Of a DNA stretch of 64,000 nt, positions 48,906-57,953 are shown in pieces. The position numbers were made by a program, and so were the translations under genes. Below the pieces are notes generated by a model. It made no database searches. It was not told the origin of the DNA and was given only the letters and a program-made list of their open reading frames with translations. The stretch comes from Mycobacteriales bacterium. GTDB lineage: Bacteria > Actinomycetota > Actinomycetes > JAFAQI01. Position 1 is the first letter of the stretch. Every line of letters begins with the position of its first letter. The DNA is taken from contig DASZOU010000023.1 of NCBI GenBank assembly GCA_035550655.1, positions 26,416 through 90,415 on the forward strand, read 5' to 3'.

Positions 48906-49606
48906 GAGCCCACTCCCGCCGGTGGAGCGGCAGAGGCATCGGCAAGCCGGCCGTCCGCCATGTGGATCAGACGGTCGCACGCCTGGGCGACGCGCGGATC
49001 ATGGGTCACCAGTACGACGGTGAGCTCCGGTCGCTCGCTGCGCAGCCTCACGAGCAGCTCGAGAGTGCGGTCGACCGCGCGGATGTCCAGGCTGCCGGTC
49101 GGCTCGTCAGCCAGCAGGATCGCCGGCTCGTTTGCCAGCGCACGCGCCAGCGCGACCCGCTGCCGCTCGCCGCCCGAGAGCCGGGTCGGCGGCCGGCCCT
49201 CCTGGCCCGACAGGTCCACGTCGGCGAGCAGCTGGCGGGCTCGGACCCGACGTTGGCGGCGAGACAACGCAGTGCCGAACATGGCGACTTCGACGTTCTC
49301 GCACGCCGTCAGATGAGGCAGCAGGTTGTGCAGCTGGAAGACCAGTCCGATGCGGTCACGGCGATACGCCACCACATCGCGAAGCTGATCGATCTCCTGG
49401 CCTTCGACCGACAGCTTCCCCGACGTCGGCGGCGTGAGGGCCGCAACCATGTGCAGGAAGGTCGACTTTCCGCACCCGGACGGGCCCGTCACCCCGACCA
49501 TCTCGCCACGCGAAATGGAAAGGTTCAGGCCGTCGACCGCTTTCACCACTCCGCCGTCGAAGTGCTTGCAGAGATCGATCGCTTCGATGACGACCGGCTC
49601 GCTCAT
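48902..49606 (-). CDS. MacB/LolD-type ABC ATPase
   Basis: GPSGCGKST, GLVFQLHNLL, LSGGERQRVALARALANEP. Confidence 0.92.
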   Translation of the reverse strand: MSEPVVIEAIDLCKHFDGGVVKAVDGLNLSISRGEMVGVTGPSGCGKSTFLHMVAALTPPTSGKLSVEGQEIDQLRDVVAYRRDRIGLVFQLHNLLPHLTACENVEVAMFGTALSRRQRRVRARQLLADVDLSGQEGRPPTRLSGGERQRVALARALANEPAILLADEPTGSLDIRAVDRTLELLVRLRSERPELTVVLVTHDPRVAQACDRLIHMADGRLADASAAPPAGVGS

Positions 49607-49615
49607 CGCGTTCGC

Positions 49616-50734
49616 CTACTCATGGCGAAGTGCCTCCAGCGGCGCGAGCGCAGCTGCGCGCAAGGCCGGATAGATGGCGCCGAGGATGGTCATGCCGCAC
49701 GCGGTGTAGATCGCCCGCCAGAACGTGCCCGCGGTGTACTCGAGATGCACGAATCCCGACAGGCTGGAGGAGTTCTGCAGCAGCTGCACGGCGCCGACCG
49801 ACATCGCGACGCCCGCAGCGGCTCCCACCAAGCCCAGGACGCCCGCTTCGCTGAGCACCATGCCCAGCACCCGCCGGCGCGGCCAGCCGACCGCGCTCAG
49901 CACCCCGAACTCCCTGATGCGCTCGATGAACGCCATCGTCATCATGCTCATGACGATCAGCCCGCCCACGACGATCGCCAGGATCCGGCTGCCCTCGTCA
50001 GCCGCGTTGATCAGCTGCAAGCTGCGGTCGGCCCGACCGAACTCGGCCGCGGTGCGGATGGTGGTCAGTGACGGCAGCTCCGTCGCGATCTCTTTCCGGA
50101 CCTGGGCGATGTCAGCGCCTGCGCTCAGCTGCACGAACATCAAGGTGACCAGGCCGCTTTGCCGCTGGTAGGTCTGCAATGTCGACAGTGGCATCATCGC
50201 GCCGCCGTCACCCAATGCCTGGCCGACCGAGTAGATCCCGACGATCGTGAAGTGGTTGCCGTCAATCGTGATCGGGTCACCCACCGCCTTGTGCAGATTG
50301 TCGGCCGCCTGGTAGCCCAGGAGAACCTGATCGGTGCTCTGCGCGTCGTACGCGTGGCCCTGGAGGATGTGAACCCCGAACGGCCCCAGGTCGGCGCGGT
50401 CGACGCCGATCTCGAGGAACAGCGGGTACGTCGAGTTGAGCCGGACGCTGGCGACGAGCGCGCCGATCGCCCGGGCCACACCGGGAACGGCGCCGACCTT
50501 CGCGACGTCGACCTGCTGGATGTTGCTGTTCAGCACGTCGGACACGCCGGTCTGAGCGACCGTGAAGTCGGCGCGGCCGGTCTGCAACAGGGCGAGCGCA
50601 CTCGATCGCACACTGTCGTTGATCAGGCCGAGCGTGACGACAGCGAGCACGCCGACGGCCACCGCGAGCGCGGTCAGCGCCGACCTGACCTTGCGCACGC
50701 CGAGGTTGCGCAGCACGAGTCCAAGGAACGACAT
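49616..50734 (-). CDS. MacB/FtsX-type ABC permease
   Basis: RSALTALAVAVG, ERIREFGVL.AVGW, YPALRAA. Confidence 0.88.
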   Translation of the reverse strand: MSFLGLVLRNLGVRKVRSALTALAVAVGVLAVVTLGLINDSVRSSALALLQTGRADFTVAQTGVSDVLNSNIQQVDVAKVGAVPGVARAIGALVASVRLNSTYPLFLEIGVDRADLGPFGVHILQGHAYDAQSTDQVLLGYQAADNLHKAVGDPITIDGNHFTIVGIYSVGQALGDGGAMMPLSTLQTYQRQSGLVTLMFVQLSAGADIAQVRKEIATELPSLTTIRTAAEFGRADRSLQLINAADEGSRILAIVVGGLIVMSMMTMAFIERIREFGVLSAVGWPRRRVLGMVLSEAGVLGLVGAAAGVAMSVGAVQLLQNSSSLSGFVHLEYTAGTFWRAIYTACGMTILGAIYPALRAAALAPLEALRHE

Positions 50735-50770
50735 CTCCCTCCTTCCCTTCGACCGACGTGCCGGGCCCAG

Positions 50771-51535
50771 CTAGTGGTAGATGAACACTTTCATGCCGAT
50801 CGGCAGCAGGTGATCCGCCCAGATCCAGTCCATCGCCTCGTTGCTCACCCGGACGCAACCGTGAGAGGCCGGATACGGCGGGACGAAGGAGTCGCCGTGG
50901 ATCGCGTAGCCGCCGCTGAAGTACTTCGGCCGCCACATCTCGCCCAACGGCGAGATGTGCAGGCCATCGATCTGGTTGTAGATGTGGAAGTGCCCCGTCG
51001 GCGTCGCCGCCAGATGGGCAACGCCGTACTCGTAGTAGGTGTAGCCGCCTCCGGTCGAGGTGTTGAGGACGAACTGCAGCTGACCGGCCGCCACGAACAT
51101 CAACACGTCATCCGTGAGGTCGATCTCGACCCGCGTGCCATGTTGTGTACGCGGCACCGGACGGAGGCCGTCCCGCAGCGCGCGCCAGGTCTTGCGACCG
51201 ACGCTCCCATCGGGCGTGATTGCCGCCACCTTCTGCAGCGCGTAGACCGCCTGCTGGGTGGCATCGCCGAACCGCCCGTCAACCCGACCGAGCCAGTAGC
51301 CCAGGTCGGTCAGCTGTTGCTGCAGCTGCCGGACGGCTGGCCCGTGCGCGCCGAGCGCCAAACGTGGCACGTCACTGACCGGCGCGGGACGAGACACGTC
51401 CGGCCGAGCTGCTGCCGCGGACGACTGCGCGGGCACCGCCTGCACACCGCCCGAGGCGGGTCGCTCAGCGCCGCACGCAGCCAGGGCCATGGCAAGGAGG
51501 ACTGCCGTGGCCGCGACGCCCGCGGATGGTCGCAT
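50771..51535 (-). CDS. Peptidoglycan-binding L,D-transpeptidase (YkuD) lipoprotein
   Basis: LAAC lipobox, PGBD (VRQLQQQLTDLGY..DGRFG), AIHG...SHGCVR. Confidence 0.88.
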   Translation of the reverse strand: MRPSAGVAATAVLLAMALAACGAERPASGGVQAVPAQSSAAAARPDVSRPAPVSDVPRLALGAHGPAVRQLQQQLTDLGYWLGRVDGRFGDATQQAVYALQKVAAITPDGSVGRKTWRALRDGLRPVPRTQHGTRVEIDLTDDVLMFVAAGQLQFVLNTSTGGGYTYYEYGVAHLAATPTGHFHIYNQIDGLHISPLGEMWRPKYFSGGYAIHGDSFVPPYPASHGCVRVSNEAMDWIWADHLLPIGMKVFIYH

Positions 51536-51544
51536 GAGCGGTGA

Positions 51545-52540
51545 TCACGCCCTCCCGACCAGCCGGCAGAGGTCGACGAGGCGTGAGGTGTAACCGAACT
51601 CGTTGTCGTACCACCCGAACACCTTCACCAGCTCGCCGTTGGCCTGGGTCAGCGTCGAGTCGAACACGCACGACGCCGGATCCCCCACGACGTCTCGCGA
51701 GACGATCGGCCGGTCGGTGAAACGCAGGATTCCGGCCAGCGGTCCGGCCGCTGCTACCGCGAGGGCCTCGTTGACCTCCTCCACCGTCACCTCACGGTGA
51801 AGCAGCAAGGCGAGGTCGGTCAGCGATCCGTCCTCAACCGGAACCCGAACCGCGACGCCGTCGAGCTTGCCCGCGAGCGACGCGATGACGAGACCTGTGG
51901 TTCGGGCGGCCCCGGTCGACGTCGGAATGATGTTCACCGCCGCGCTCCGGCCGCGGCGAAGGTCTTTGTGGGGCCCGTCGAGGACCACCTGGTCGTTCGT
52001 GTAGCCGTGGATCGTGGTCATGAACCCCTTGACGATGCCGAAGGCGTCGTCGATGACCTTCACCATCGGTGCGACGCAGTTCGTCGTGCACGACGCGTTG
52101 GAGATGACGTCGTGCATCGCCGGGTCGTACGACGCGTCGTTCACCCCCATGACGACGGTGAGGTCCACACCCTTGCCGGGAGCCGAGATCAGCACTTTCC
52201 GGGCGCCCGCGTGCAGGTGCGCTGCGGCGTCGTCCCGCGCACGGAACTTGCCGGTCGACTCGATCACGATGTCTGCGCCGACACCAGCCCAGTCGAGCTT
52301 GGAAGGGTCCCGCTCCGCCGTAGCCGCCACCTTGCGACCGTCGATGATGATCGCCGAGTCGGCGTAGCCGATGTCGCGGGCGTACCTGCCGTACGTCGAG
52401 TCGTACTCGAGCAGATGAGCCATGGTCCGCGTGTCGATGAGGTCGTTCACAGCAACGACTTCGATCTCGTTCTCGTCGACGGCCCGCAGAAAGCCGCGAC
52501 CGATTCGCCCGAACCCGTTGATGCCCACCCGAATGCTCAT
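51545..52540 (-). CDS. gap: Type I glyceraldehyde-3-phosphate dehydrogenase (probably an accessory copy)
   Basis: GINGFGRIG, SNASCTTNC, WYDNE. Confidence 0.95.
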   Translation of the reverse strand: MSIRVGINGFGRIGRGFLRAVDENEIEVVAVNDLIDTRTMAHLLEYDSTYGRYARDIGYADSAIIIDGRKVAATAERDPSKLDWAGVGADIVIESTGKFRARDDAAAHLHAGARKVLISAPGKGVDLTVVMGVNDASYDPAMHDVISNASCTTNCVAPMVKVIDDAFGIVKGFMTTIHGYTNDQVVLDGPHKDLRRGRSAAVNIIPTSTGAARTTGLVIASLAGKLDGVAVRVPVEDGSLTDLALLLHREVTVEEVNEALAVAAAGPLAGILRFTDRPIVSRDVVGDPASCVFDSTLTQANGELVKVFGWYDNEFGYTSRLVDLCRLVGRA

Positions 52541-52586
52541 GTCGTCCGCTCGCCTTCAGTTCGACTTCCGCCCACTCGTTCCACCG

Positions 52587-52686
52587 TGGCGTTTTGTCCC
52601 GTGGCCCTGGTAGAGCCATTGGTCCTGACGTCGTGTGATCTGCTCGGCCAGCCGCGTCCAGCGTGCGAGTTCGTGACGAAGGGCCC
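52587..52686. promoter_or_regulatory. Cluster of DosR-like boxes between gap and the three-helix ORF
   Basis: GTGACGAAGGGCCC (52673, one mismatch); minus AGGACCAATGGCTC (52613); weaker minus GGGACAAAACGCCA (52587). Confidence 0.55.
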
Positions 52687-52744
52687 TGCAAGAAAGGGCC
52701 TGCGACCGTACCTGCGCCGGCACCGGTGACGACACCGTTGAGAC

Positions 52745-53008
52745 GTGACCCGTCCAAGCGCCTTGAGCATGGTGCAGCTGCGCACCGACCTGTCACCAGC
52801 GGTCCGGCACGAGATCGAACGCGTGGAGCGGGACCTCATCCGGGAGTACCGGGGCCGGCTGCCGGCTGCGACGGTCCGTCGCTACGTGGCGGATGCCCTG
52901 ATGGAGATGCGCAACGTCCGGTTCCAGACGTTCATCCCGTTGTTGGTGCTGCGGTCGGTGCGGCGCCGCGCGCCACGAACAGCGACGCGGCGGCCGCGGC
53001 AAACCTGA
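52745..53008 (+). CDS. Small three-helix-bundle dimerisation-domain-like protein
   Basis: RVERDLIREY...TVRRYVADAL..MRNVRFQTFIPLLVLRSVRR resembles the actinobacterial ArsC N-terminal bundle family. Confidence 0.6.
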   Translation: MTRPSALSMVQLRTDLSPAVRHEIERVERDLIREYRGRLPAATVRRYVADALMEMRNVRFQTFIPLLVLRSVRRRAPRTATRRPRQT

Positions 53009-53022
53009 TCGAACAGCGGCGG

Positions 53023-54459
53023 CTACTTCGGCAGGCGCTCGGCGCGTAGCTGCGAGCGGCGTACCTTGGCCGCGTCGTCCCGCAGCGGCTCCGTCACCCG
53101 CTCAAAGCTTCTCGGCACCTTGTACTTCGTGAGGCGCTCGGCGCACCACGCGAACAGTTCGTCGTCGCTGACCTCCGCGCTCAGCTGGACGAGTGCATGC
53201 AGCCGATTGCCGAGATCGTCGTCCGGCAGGCCGAGCACGCACGACGACATCACCGATGGATGCTCGTCGAGAGCAGCCTCCACCTCAGCCGGATACACGT
53301 TGCTGCCACCGACGAGCACCATGTCGGTCAGCCGATCGTTGAGGTACAGGTAGCCGTCCTCGTCCATCCACCCGAGATCGCCCAGCGACTCCCAGCCGTC
53401 CTCGCGACGCCTCGCCTCGGCCCCGATGTACTTGTACGTCGGACCGGCATCCGACTTCAGCCACACCTCTCCGACCTCGCCGGGCGGCAGCGGGTTGCCG
53501 TCGGGGTCGCAGATCTGCATCTTGCCGATCACCGGCTTGCCGACCGAGCCGCGGTGCTCGAGCCACTCGACACCGTTGATGAACGTGGCCGCCTGCGCCT
53601 CGGTGCCGGCGTAGAGCTCCATGATGCGTTCCGGCCCCAGCCAGTCGATCCATGCCTGCTTGAGGTACGGCGGGCACGGCGCGGCCATGTGCATCACCGT
53701 GTGCAGGCTGTCCAGGTCGTATCGCGTGCGAACCTCATCCGGGAGCTTCGAGATCCGCGACATCATCGTGGGCACCAAGTACACCCAGCCGACCTCGTGC
53801 CGCTCGATGAGCTGCAGCGTCGTCTCGGCGTCGAACCGGCCCGGGAGCACGACGTGCCCGCCGGTCGCGAGGGTCGCGCTCGAGGTGAGGAACGGCCCGT
53901 TGTGGTGCATCGGTGCGGTGATGAGAGACGTGTCGCCGGGCTGGATCCGCATCGCTGCACCGAGCAAGGCCAAGCCGTCGACCTCCGCCGGGTTCGTGGC
54001 GACGATGAGCTTCGGCCGCCCAGTTGACCCGCCGGACATCGGCGCCTTCAGGTTGGGCGACGTCACGTCGGGATGCGGGGCCGGCGGGTGGTGCGGCCGG
54101 TCGGGCAGGACCGGCATCGACCGCGTCACGGTGCCCCCGTCGAAGCCGACCGCGAGCGCCGGTTTGGCCAGCTCCAGCACCGCATCGAGCTCCGCGCGCG
54201 GCATGTTGGACGGAACGGGTTGAGGCGTCGCGCCGACGATCCATGCGGCCAGCGAGGCGATCAGAAACGAGGCATCGCTGGGCAGGCCGATCGAGACCAG
54301 ATCGCCCACCCCGACACCCTGCGTGACGAACTCATGGGCGACCGCATCGGACCACTCGACAACCTCACGCCGCGTGAGAGTGGAGTTCGTATCCGTGATT
54401 GCCGGCGCGTCAGGCGCCGCGGCGGCAAGCGCACGTAGCGCAGCAGGAATCGAAGGCAC
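53023..54459 (-). CDS. AMP-binding acyl-CoA synthetase
   Basis: MSGGSTGRPK, ELYAGTE, SLGDLG, NVYPAEVE, KVRR. Confidence 0.9.
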   Translation of the reverse strand: MPSIPAALRALAAAAPDAPAITDTNSTLTRREVVEWSDAVAHEFVTQGVGVGDLVSIGLPSDASFLIASLAAWIVGATPQPVPSNMPRAELDAVLELAKPALAVGFDGGTVTRSMPVLPDRPHHPPAPHPDVTSPNLKAPMSGGSTGRPKLIVATNPAEVDGLALLGAAMRIQPGDTSLITAPMHHNGPFLTSSATLATGGHVVLPGRFDAETTLQLIERHEVGWVYLVPTMMSRISKLPDEVRTRYDLDSLHTVMHMAAPCPPYLKQAWIDWLGPERIMELYAGTEAQAATFINGVEWLEHRGSVGKPVIGKMQICDPDGNPLPPGEVGEVWLKSDAGPTYKYIGAEARRREDGWESLGDLGWMDEDGYLYLNDRLTDMVLVGGSNVYPAEVEAALDEHPSVMSSCVLGLPDDDLGNRLHALVQLSAEVSDDELFAWCAERLTKYKVPRSFERVTEPLRDDAAKVRRSQLRAERLPK

Positions 54460-54509
54460 TACTCAGTGTGACGTACTGCTCCCCTACCGAGCCGATGCCC
54501 CTGACCGCC

Positions 54510-55817
54510 TCACGATCCGAAGACCTGCTTCGTGTAGGTGTTGCTGAACAACCGGTTCGGATCGACTCGATCTCGGACCGCCATCGCGTCATCGAAGCGG
54601 GGATAGCGCTCGCGAAGGGCCACCGCATCGAGCCAGTGCAGCTTGCCCCAGTGCGGCCGGCCGCCGACCTCGGTGGCAATTGCCTCAACGGCACGGAAGT
54701 ACGGCTCGTAGTCGATGCGGTGCCACTGGTGGACGGCGATGTAACCGCTGGCCCGTCCCGACGCCGTCGACAGCCAGATGTCGTCGGCGGCTGCCACCCG
54801 CACCTCGACCGGAAAGGAGATCACGGCATCGTCCCGGTCGATGTGAGCCTGGATCGCACGGAACGTCTCGACGAGACGCTCGCGCGGCACGGCGTACTCC
54901 ATCTCCCGGAACCGGACTCGCCGCGGCGAGACGAACACCCGATGAGAGACGTCGGTGAAGGTCCGCGCGGAAAGAGCGCGCGCCGACAGCCGGTTGAAGC
55001 GGGGCACCACCGCGGGGCGGTGGTACCCGAGCCGTTGGATCAGCTCGAAGACGCCGTTGGAGAGGAGCTCGTCGTCGAGCCACTCGCGCCACCGCGGCAG
55101 CCGCTTGGCTGCTGCGCCGGCCGCGGGTCGATTGTTGCGCTTGGTCAGCGCGACGTCGGTGTGGGGAAACCAGTAGAACTCGAAGTGCTCGTTGCCGTCG
55201 GCCAGCGCATCGAACTCCTCGAGCACCCGCTCGAGCGGCAGCGGCTCCTCGACAGCGGTGAGATGGAACAGCGGCTCACATTGCAACGTCACCGCCGTGA
55301 TGACACCGAAGGCACCGATCCCGACGCGCGCTGCCCGGAACAGCTCCGGATCCGATTCGTCGGACACGTTGACGATCGATCCGTCCGCGAGCACCAGCTG
55401 CAGCCCACGCACCTGCGTCGCGAGCCCGCCCAGCGCCGCTCCGGTGCCATGCGTGCCGGTCGACACGGCACCGGCGACGGTCTGCGCGTCGATGTCGCCG
55501 AGGTTGCTCATCGACAGGCCGCGTGCCTCCAGCTCGGCGTTGAGCCGATGCAGCGGGACACCCGCACCGACGGTGACCAGCCCTGCCGACTCGTCGACCG
55601 AGATGACCTGGTCGAGGTGATCCAGTCGCAGCTGAATGTCGTCGGCCACCGCAGTCGCAGTGAAGCTGTGGCCCGAGCCGACCGCCTTGACGGTCCGGCC
55701 GTCATCGGCGGCACGCTGGACGATCAGTGCGACGGCATCGACGTCCGCGGGTACGGCGACCTCACGCGGAGTCGATGACTGGTTCCGGCCCCAGTTGCGC
55801 CAGACCTCATGACCCAC
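54510..55817 (-). CDS. D-arabinono-1,4-lactone oxidase-like FAD oxidoreductase
   Basis: WRNWG, VGSGHSF, GAVSTGTHGTG, FREMEY, GRPHWGK. Confidence 0.88.
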   Translation of the reverse strand: MGHEVWRNWGRNQSSTPREVAVPADVDAVALIVQRAADDGRTVKAVGSGHSFTATAVADDIQLRLDHLDQVISVDESAGLVTVGAGVPLHRLNAELEARGLSMSNLGDIDAQTVAGAVSTGTHGTGAALGGLATQVRGLQLVLADGSIVNVSDESDPELFRAARVGIGAFGVITAVTLQCEPLFHLTAVEEPLPLERVLEEFDALADGNEHFEFYWFPHTDVALTKRNNRPAAGAAAKRLPRWREWLDDELLSNGVFELIQRLGYHRPAVVPRFNRLSARALSARTFTDVSHRVFVSPRRVRFREMEYAVPRERLVETFRAIQAHIDRDDAVISFPVEVRVAAADDIWLSTASGRASGYIAVHQWHRIDYEPYFRAVEAIATEVGGRPHWGKLHWLDAVALRERYPRFDDAMAVRDRVDPNRLFSNTYTKQVFGS

Positions 55818-55838
55818 GAGCTGCCACCATCCTTCGGA

Positions 55839-55844
55839 TACGTT
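55839..55844 (+). promoter_or_regulatory. -10 hexamer TACGTT of a leaderless promoter
   Basis: TANNNT 6 nt before GTG 55851. Confidence 0.55.
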
Positions 55845-55850
55845 GCGCAG

Positions 55851-56855
55851 GTGCCGCTCGACCAGATCACGACCCCGGCCCTGATCGTCGACTCAGCCGC
55901 CCTCGACCGCAACCTAGCGGCCATGGCGGAGGCCTGGCCGCAGCGCTCGCTGCGGCCGCACGTGAAGGCGCACAAGACGACCGGTATCGCCAGGCGCCAG
56001 GCCGCTCTCGGCCACACCGGCTTCACCTGCGCGACGATCCGCGAAGTAGAGGTGATGGCCGCTGCCGGGCTGGGCGAAGACTTGTTGCTGGCCAACGAGG
56101 TCGTCGACATGCGGCGGCTCGGCGCCGTGGTCGAGGCCGGCGCGCGCGTGACCGTTGCGGTCGACTCGGCAGCGACCATCGCGGCGGCGGCGTCCGGCGG
56201 CGTCCGCGAGGTGCTTGTCGACGTCAACGTCGGGACCCCGAGATGCGGCTGCCCACCCGATCAAGCCGGCGCGCTCGCTGACCAGGCGCGTGCGGCCGGC
56301 CTCGAGGTCCGCGGCGTCATGGGCTACGAGGGTCATGTCATGTTCGTCGCCGATGCCGCCGACCGGAAGGCGCAGACCGATCGGGCCATGAGCCTGCTGG
56401 CCGTCGCCCATGCCGCCGTCGGCGGAGCGGTCGTGTCGGGCGGGGGAACCGGCACCTGGCGCACCAACCAGGGCGTCACCGAGCTGCAAGCCGGCTCCTA
56501 CGCGCTGATGGACACCGAGTACCGCAAGCTCGCCGATGTGCCGTTCGAGCAGGCGCTCACGGTCCTCGCGACCGTCATCTCAGTCGGTGACGGCTGGGCG
56601 GTCGCCGACGCCGGACTCAAGGCCTTCGGGATGGACCACGGCAACCCGGCACTGCCGGGGACAGCCATCTGGTACTGCTCCGACGAGCACGTCGTCTTCT
56701 CCGCCGAGGACGGCACGGCGCTGCCGAAGGTCGGCGACCGGGTGCGGCTCGAACCCGCTCACATCGACCCGACCTGCGCGCTGCACGAGCGGATGTACGT
56801 CGTCGACGGCGACTCCGTCATCGACGAGTGGCCAGTCGACATGCGCGGCTGGTAG
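55851..56855 (+). CDS. PLP-dependent DSD1/D-threonine aldolase family (alanine racemase fold)
   Basis: TPALIVD, LRPHVKAHK, GVMGYEGH, GGGTGT, SDEH, PAHIDPT; alternative ATG 55809 would overlap the divergent gene. Confidence 0.85.
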   Translation: MPLDQITTPALIVDSAALDRNLAAMAEAWPQRSLRPHVKAHKTTGIARRQAALGHTGFTCATIREVEVMAAAGLGEDLLLANEVVDMRRLGAVVEAGARVTVAVDSAATIAAAASGGVREVLVDVNVGTPRCGCPPDQAGALADQARAAGLEVRGVMGYEGHVMFVADAADRKAQTDRAMSLLAVAHAAVGGAVVSGGGTGTWRTNQGVTELQAGSYALMDTEYRKLADVPFEQALTVLATVISVGDGWAVADAGLKAFGMDHGNPALPGTAIWYCSDEHVVFSAEDGTALPKVGDRVRLEPAHIDPTCALHERMYVVDGDSVIDEWPVDMRGW

Positions 56856-56863
56856 TCACAGCC

Positions 56864-57241
56864 TCACCAGCCGCGGGATCGCGCCCGCAACGCCGCAGCG
56901 ACCATGGTGACGGCGACCAGCCCACAGACCAGCTGCAACCAGCTCAGCCCGACATACGGGATCTGGACGAGGAGCTCGACGCCGAGCAACCCCGAAGCGG
57001 CCAACACCGCGGGCGGCATGAGCCGGCTGCCACGGAGCGCAGCAACGGAGGCGACGAGCGATGGCACGGCGACTGTGGCGATCAGCCAGAGCCCCGGCAG
57101 CGTCCAGTCCGACCACCCGAACGGCAGGCTGTCACGCGGCGGCGTTGCCACGCCCGCGATCAGCTGCGCCGCACCGATCGCTCCAGCCATCGCCATGAAG
57201 CCCTCGACCGCGACGATCGATCGGCGGTAGGGGCGGCGCAT
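56864..57241 (-). CDS. Small integral membrane protein
   Basis: About four hydrophobic segments; 7 nt downstream of the flavodoxin stop. Confidence 0.65.
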   Translation of the reverse strand: MRRPYRRSIVAVEGFMAMAGAIGAAQLIAGVATPPRDSLPFGWSDWTLPGLWLIATVAVPSLVASVAALRGSRLMPPAVLAASGLLGVELLVQIPYVGLSWLQLVCGLVAVTMVAAALRARSRGW

Positions 57242-57248
57242 GATGCCG

Positions 57249-57788
57249 TCACCCCACAAGAACTCGCTCACGAGCGCGCTCAGCCAGCCGCTTGCCCCAG
57301 GACCGGGCGCGTTCTAGCTCACCCGCTCGTAGCTGCTCGTGGTGGTCGACGTAGAAGCTCGTCGGGTGAGCCAGCAGCTCGGCGCCGGAGCGGCGCAGCC
57401 GTCGCGCCACGTGCCGGGCGGGATGCCCGGTGATCCACGCAGGTGGCCGGAAGCGGGTGTCGTAGGTGGCCGCAGTCACCTGCACCTTCGCGGGCAGGGT
57501 CGCCAGCCATTCGCGCACGCCGGTCGATGCCGCGGAGGGGTCGACCTCTTGGTCGTCACCCGGCACGTGCGCCGACGCGATGGCCACCTTGCGGGTGCCC
57601 ACTCGCGGCAGACCGTGAGCATGGGTGGGCGAACCGACGATCAGCACGTCCGCCGCGGCGAGCGTCTGCCGGTCCAGCTGCGAGATCGGCAGCACCGTGA
57701 CGGAGTCGGCCTCGAACCCTTCCGCGATCGCCTGAGCGAGCGACCGGGTGTGGCCATACATCGACTCGAACGCCACGACGACTCGCAT
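57249..57788 (-). CDS. Flavodoxin-like protein 1
   Basis: FESMYGHT phosphate loop, GSPTHAHG, ATYDTR; AGGAGG RBS. Confidence 0.85.
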   Translation of the reverse strand: MRVVVAFESMYGHTRSLAQAIAEGFEADSVTVLPISQLDRQTLAAADVLIVGSPTHAHGLPRVGTRKVAIASAHVPGDDQEVDPSAASTGVREWLATLPAKVQVTAATYDTRFRPPAWITGHPARHVARRLRRSGAELLAHPTSFYVDHHEQLRAGELERARSWGKRLAERARERVLVG

Positions 57789-57844
57789 CGCTCCTCCTCG
57801 ATGTCCTCTGCAGCCACGGTTACATCGCCGGCGCGAACAGAGCA

Positions 57845-57918
57845 GAGTCCTTCGTCCTGATTTCACCGGCCGCACGCCTCGAGAGTCCGAGGTCGCGGAA
57901 AGCAGTGACCAAAGCACC
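57845..57918. promoter_or_regulatory. Two DosR-like boxes between divergent flavodoxin and P-type ATPase
   Basis: Minus AGGACGAAGGACTC (57845) and GTGACCAAAGCACC (57905), two mismatches each. Confidence 0.45.
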
Positions 57919-57953
57919 TGTCCGATCCGGGCCGGAGCAGATGCACTCAGGTC

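Noticed and set aside
51545-53008. gap plus three-helix protein as an arsenate-resistance (GAPDH-ArsJ) module
   Set aside because: No arsJ, arsC, arsB or acr3 in the window; the nearby ArsR-family gene has a Zn alpha5 site and is 30 kb away
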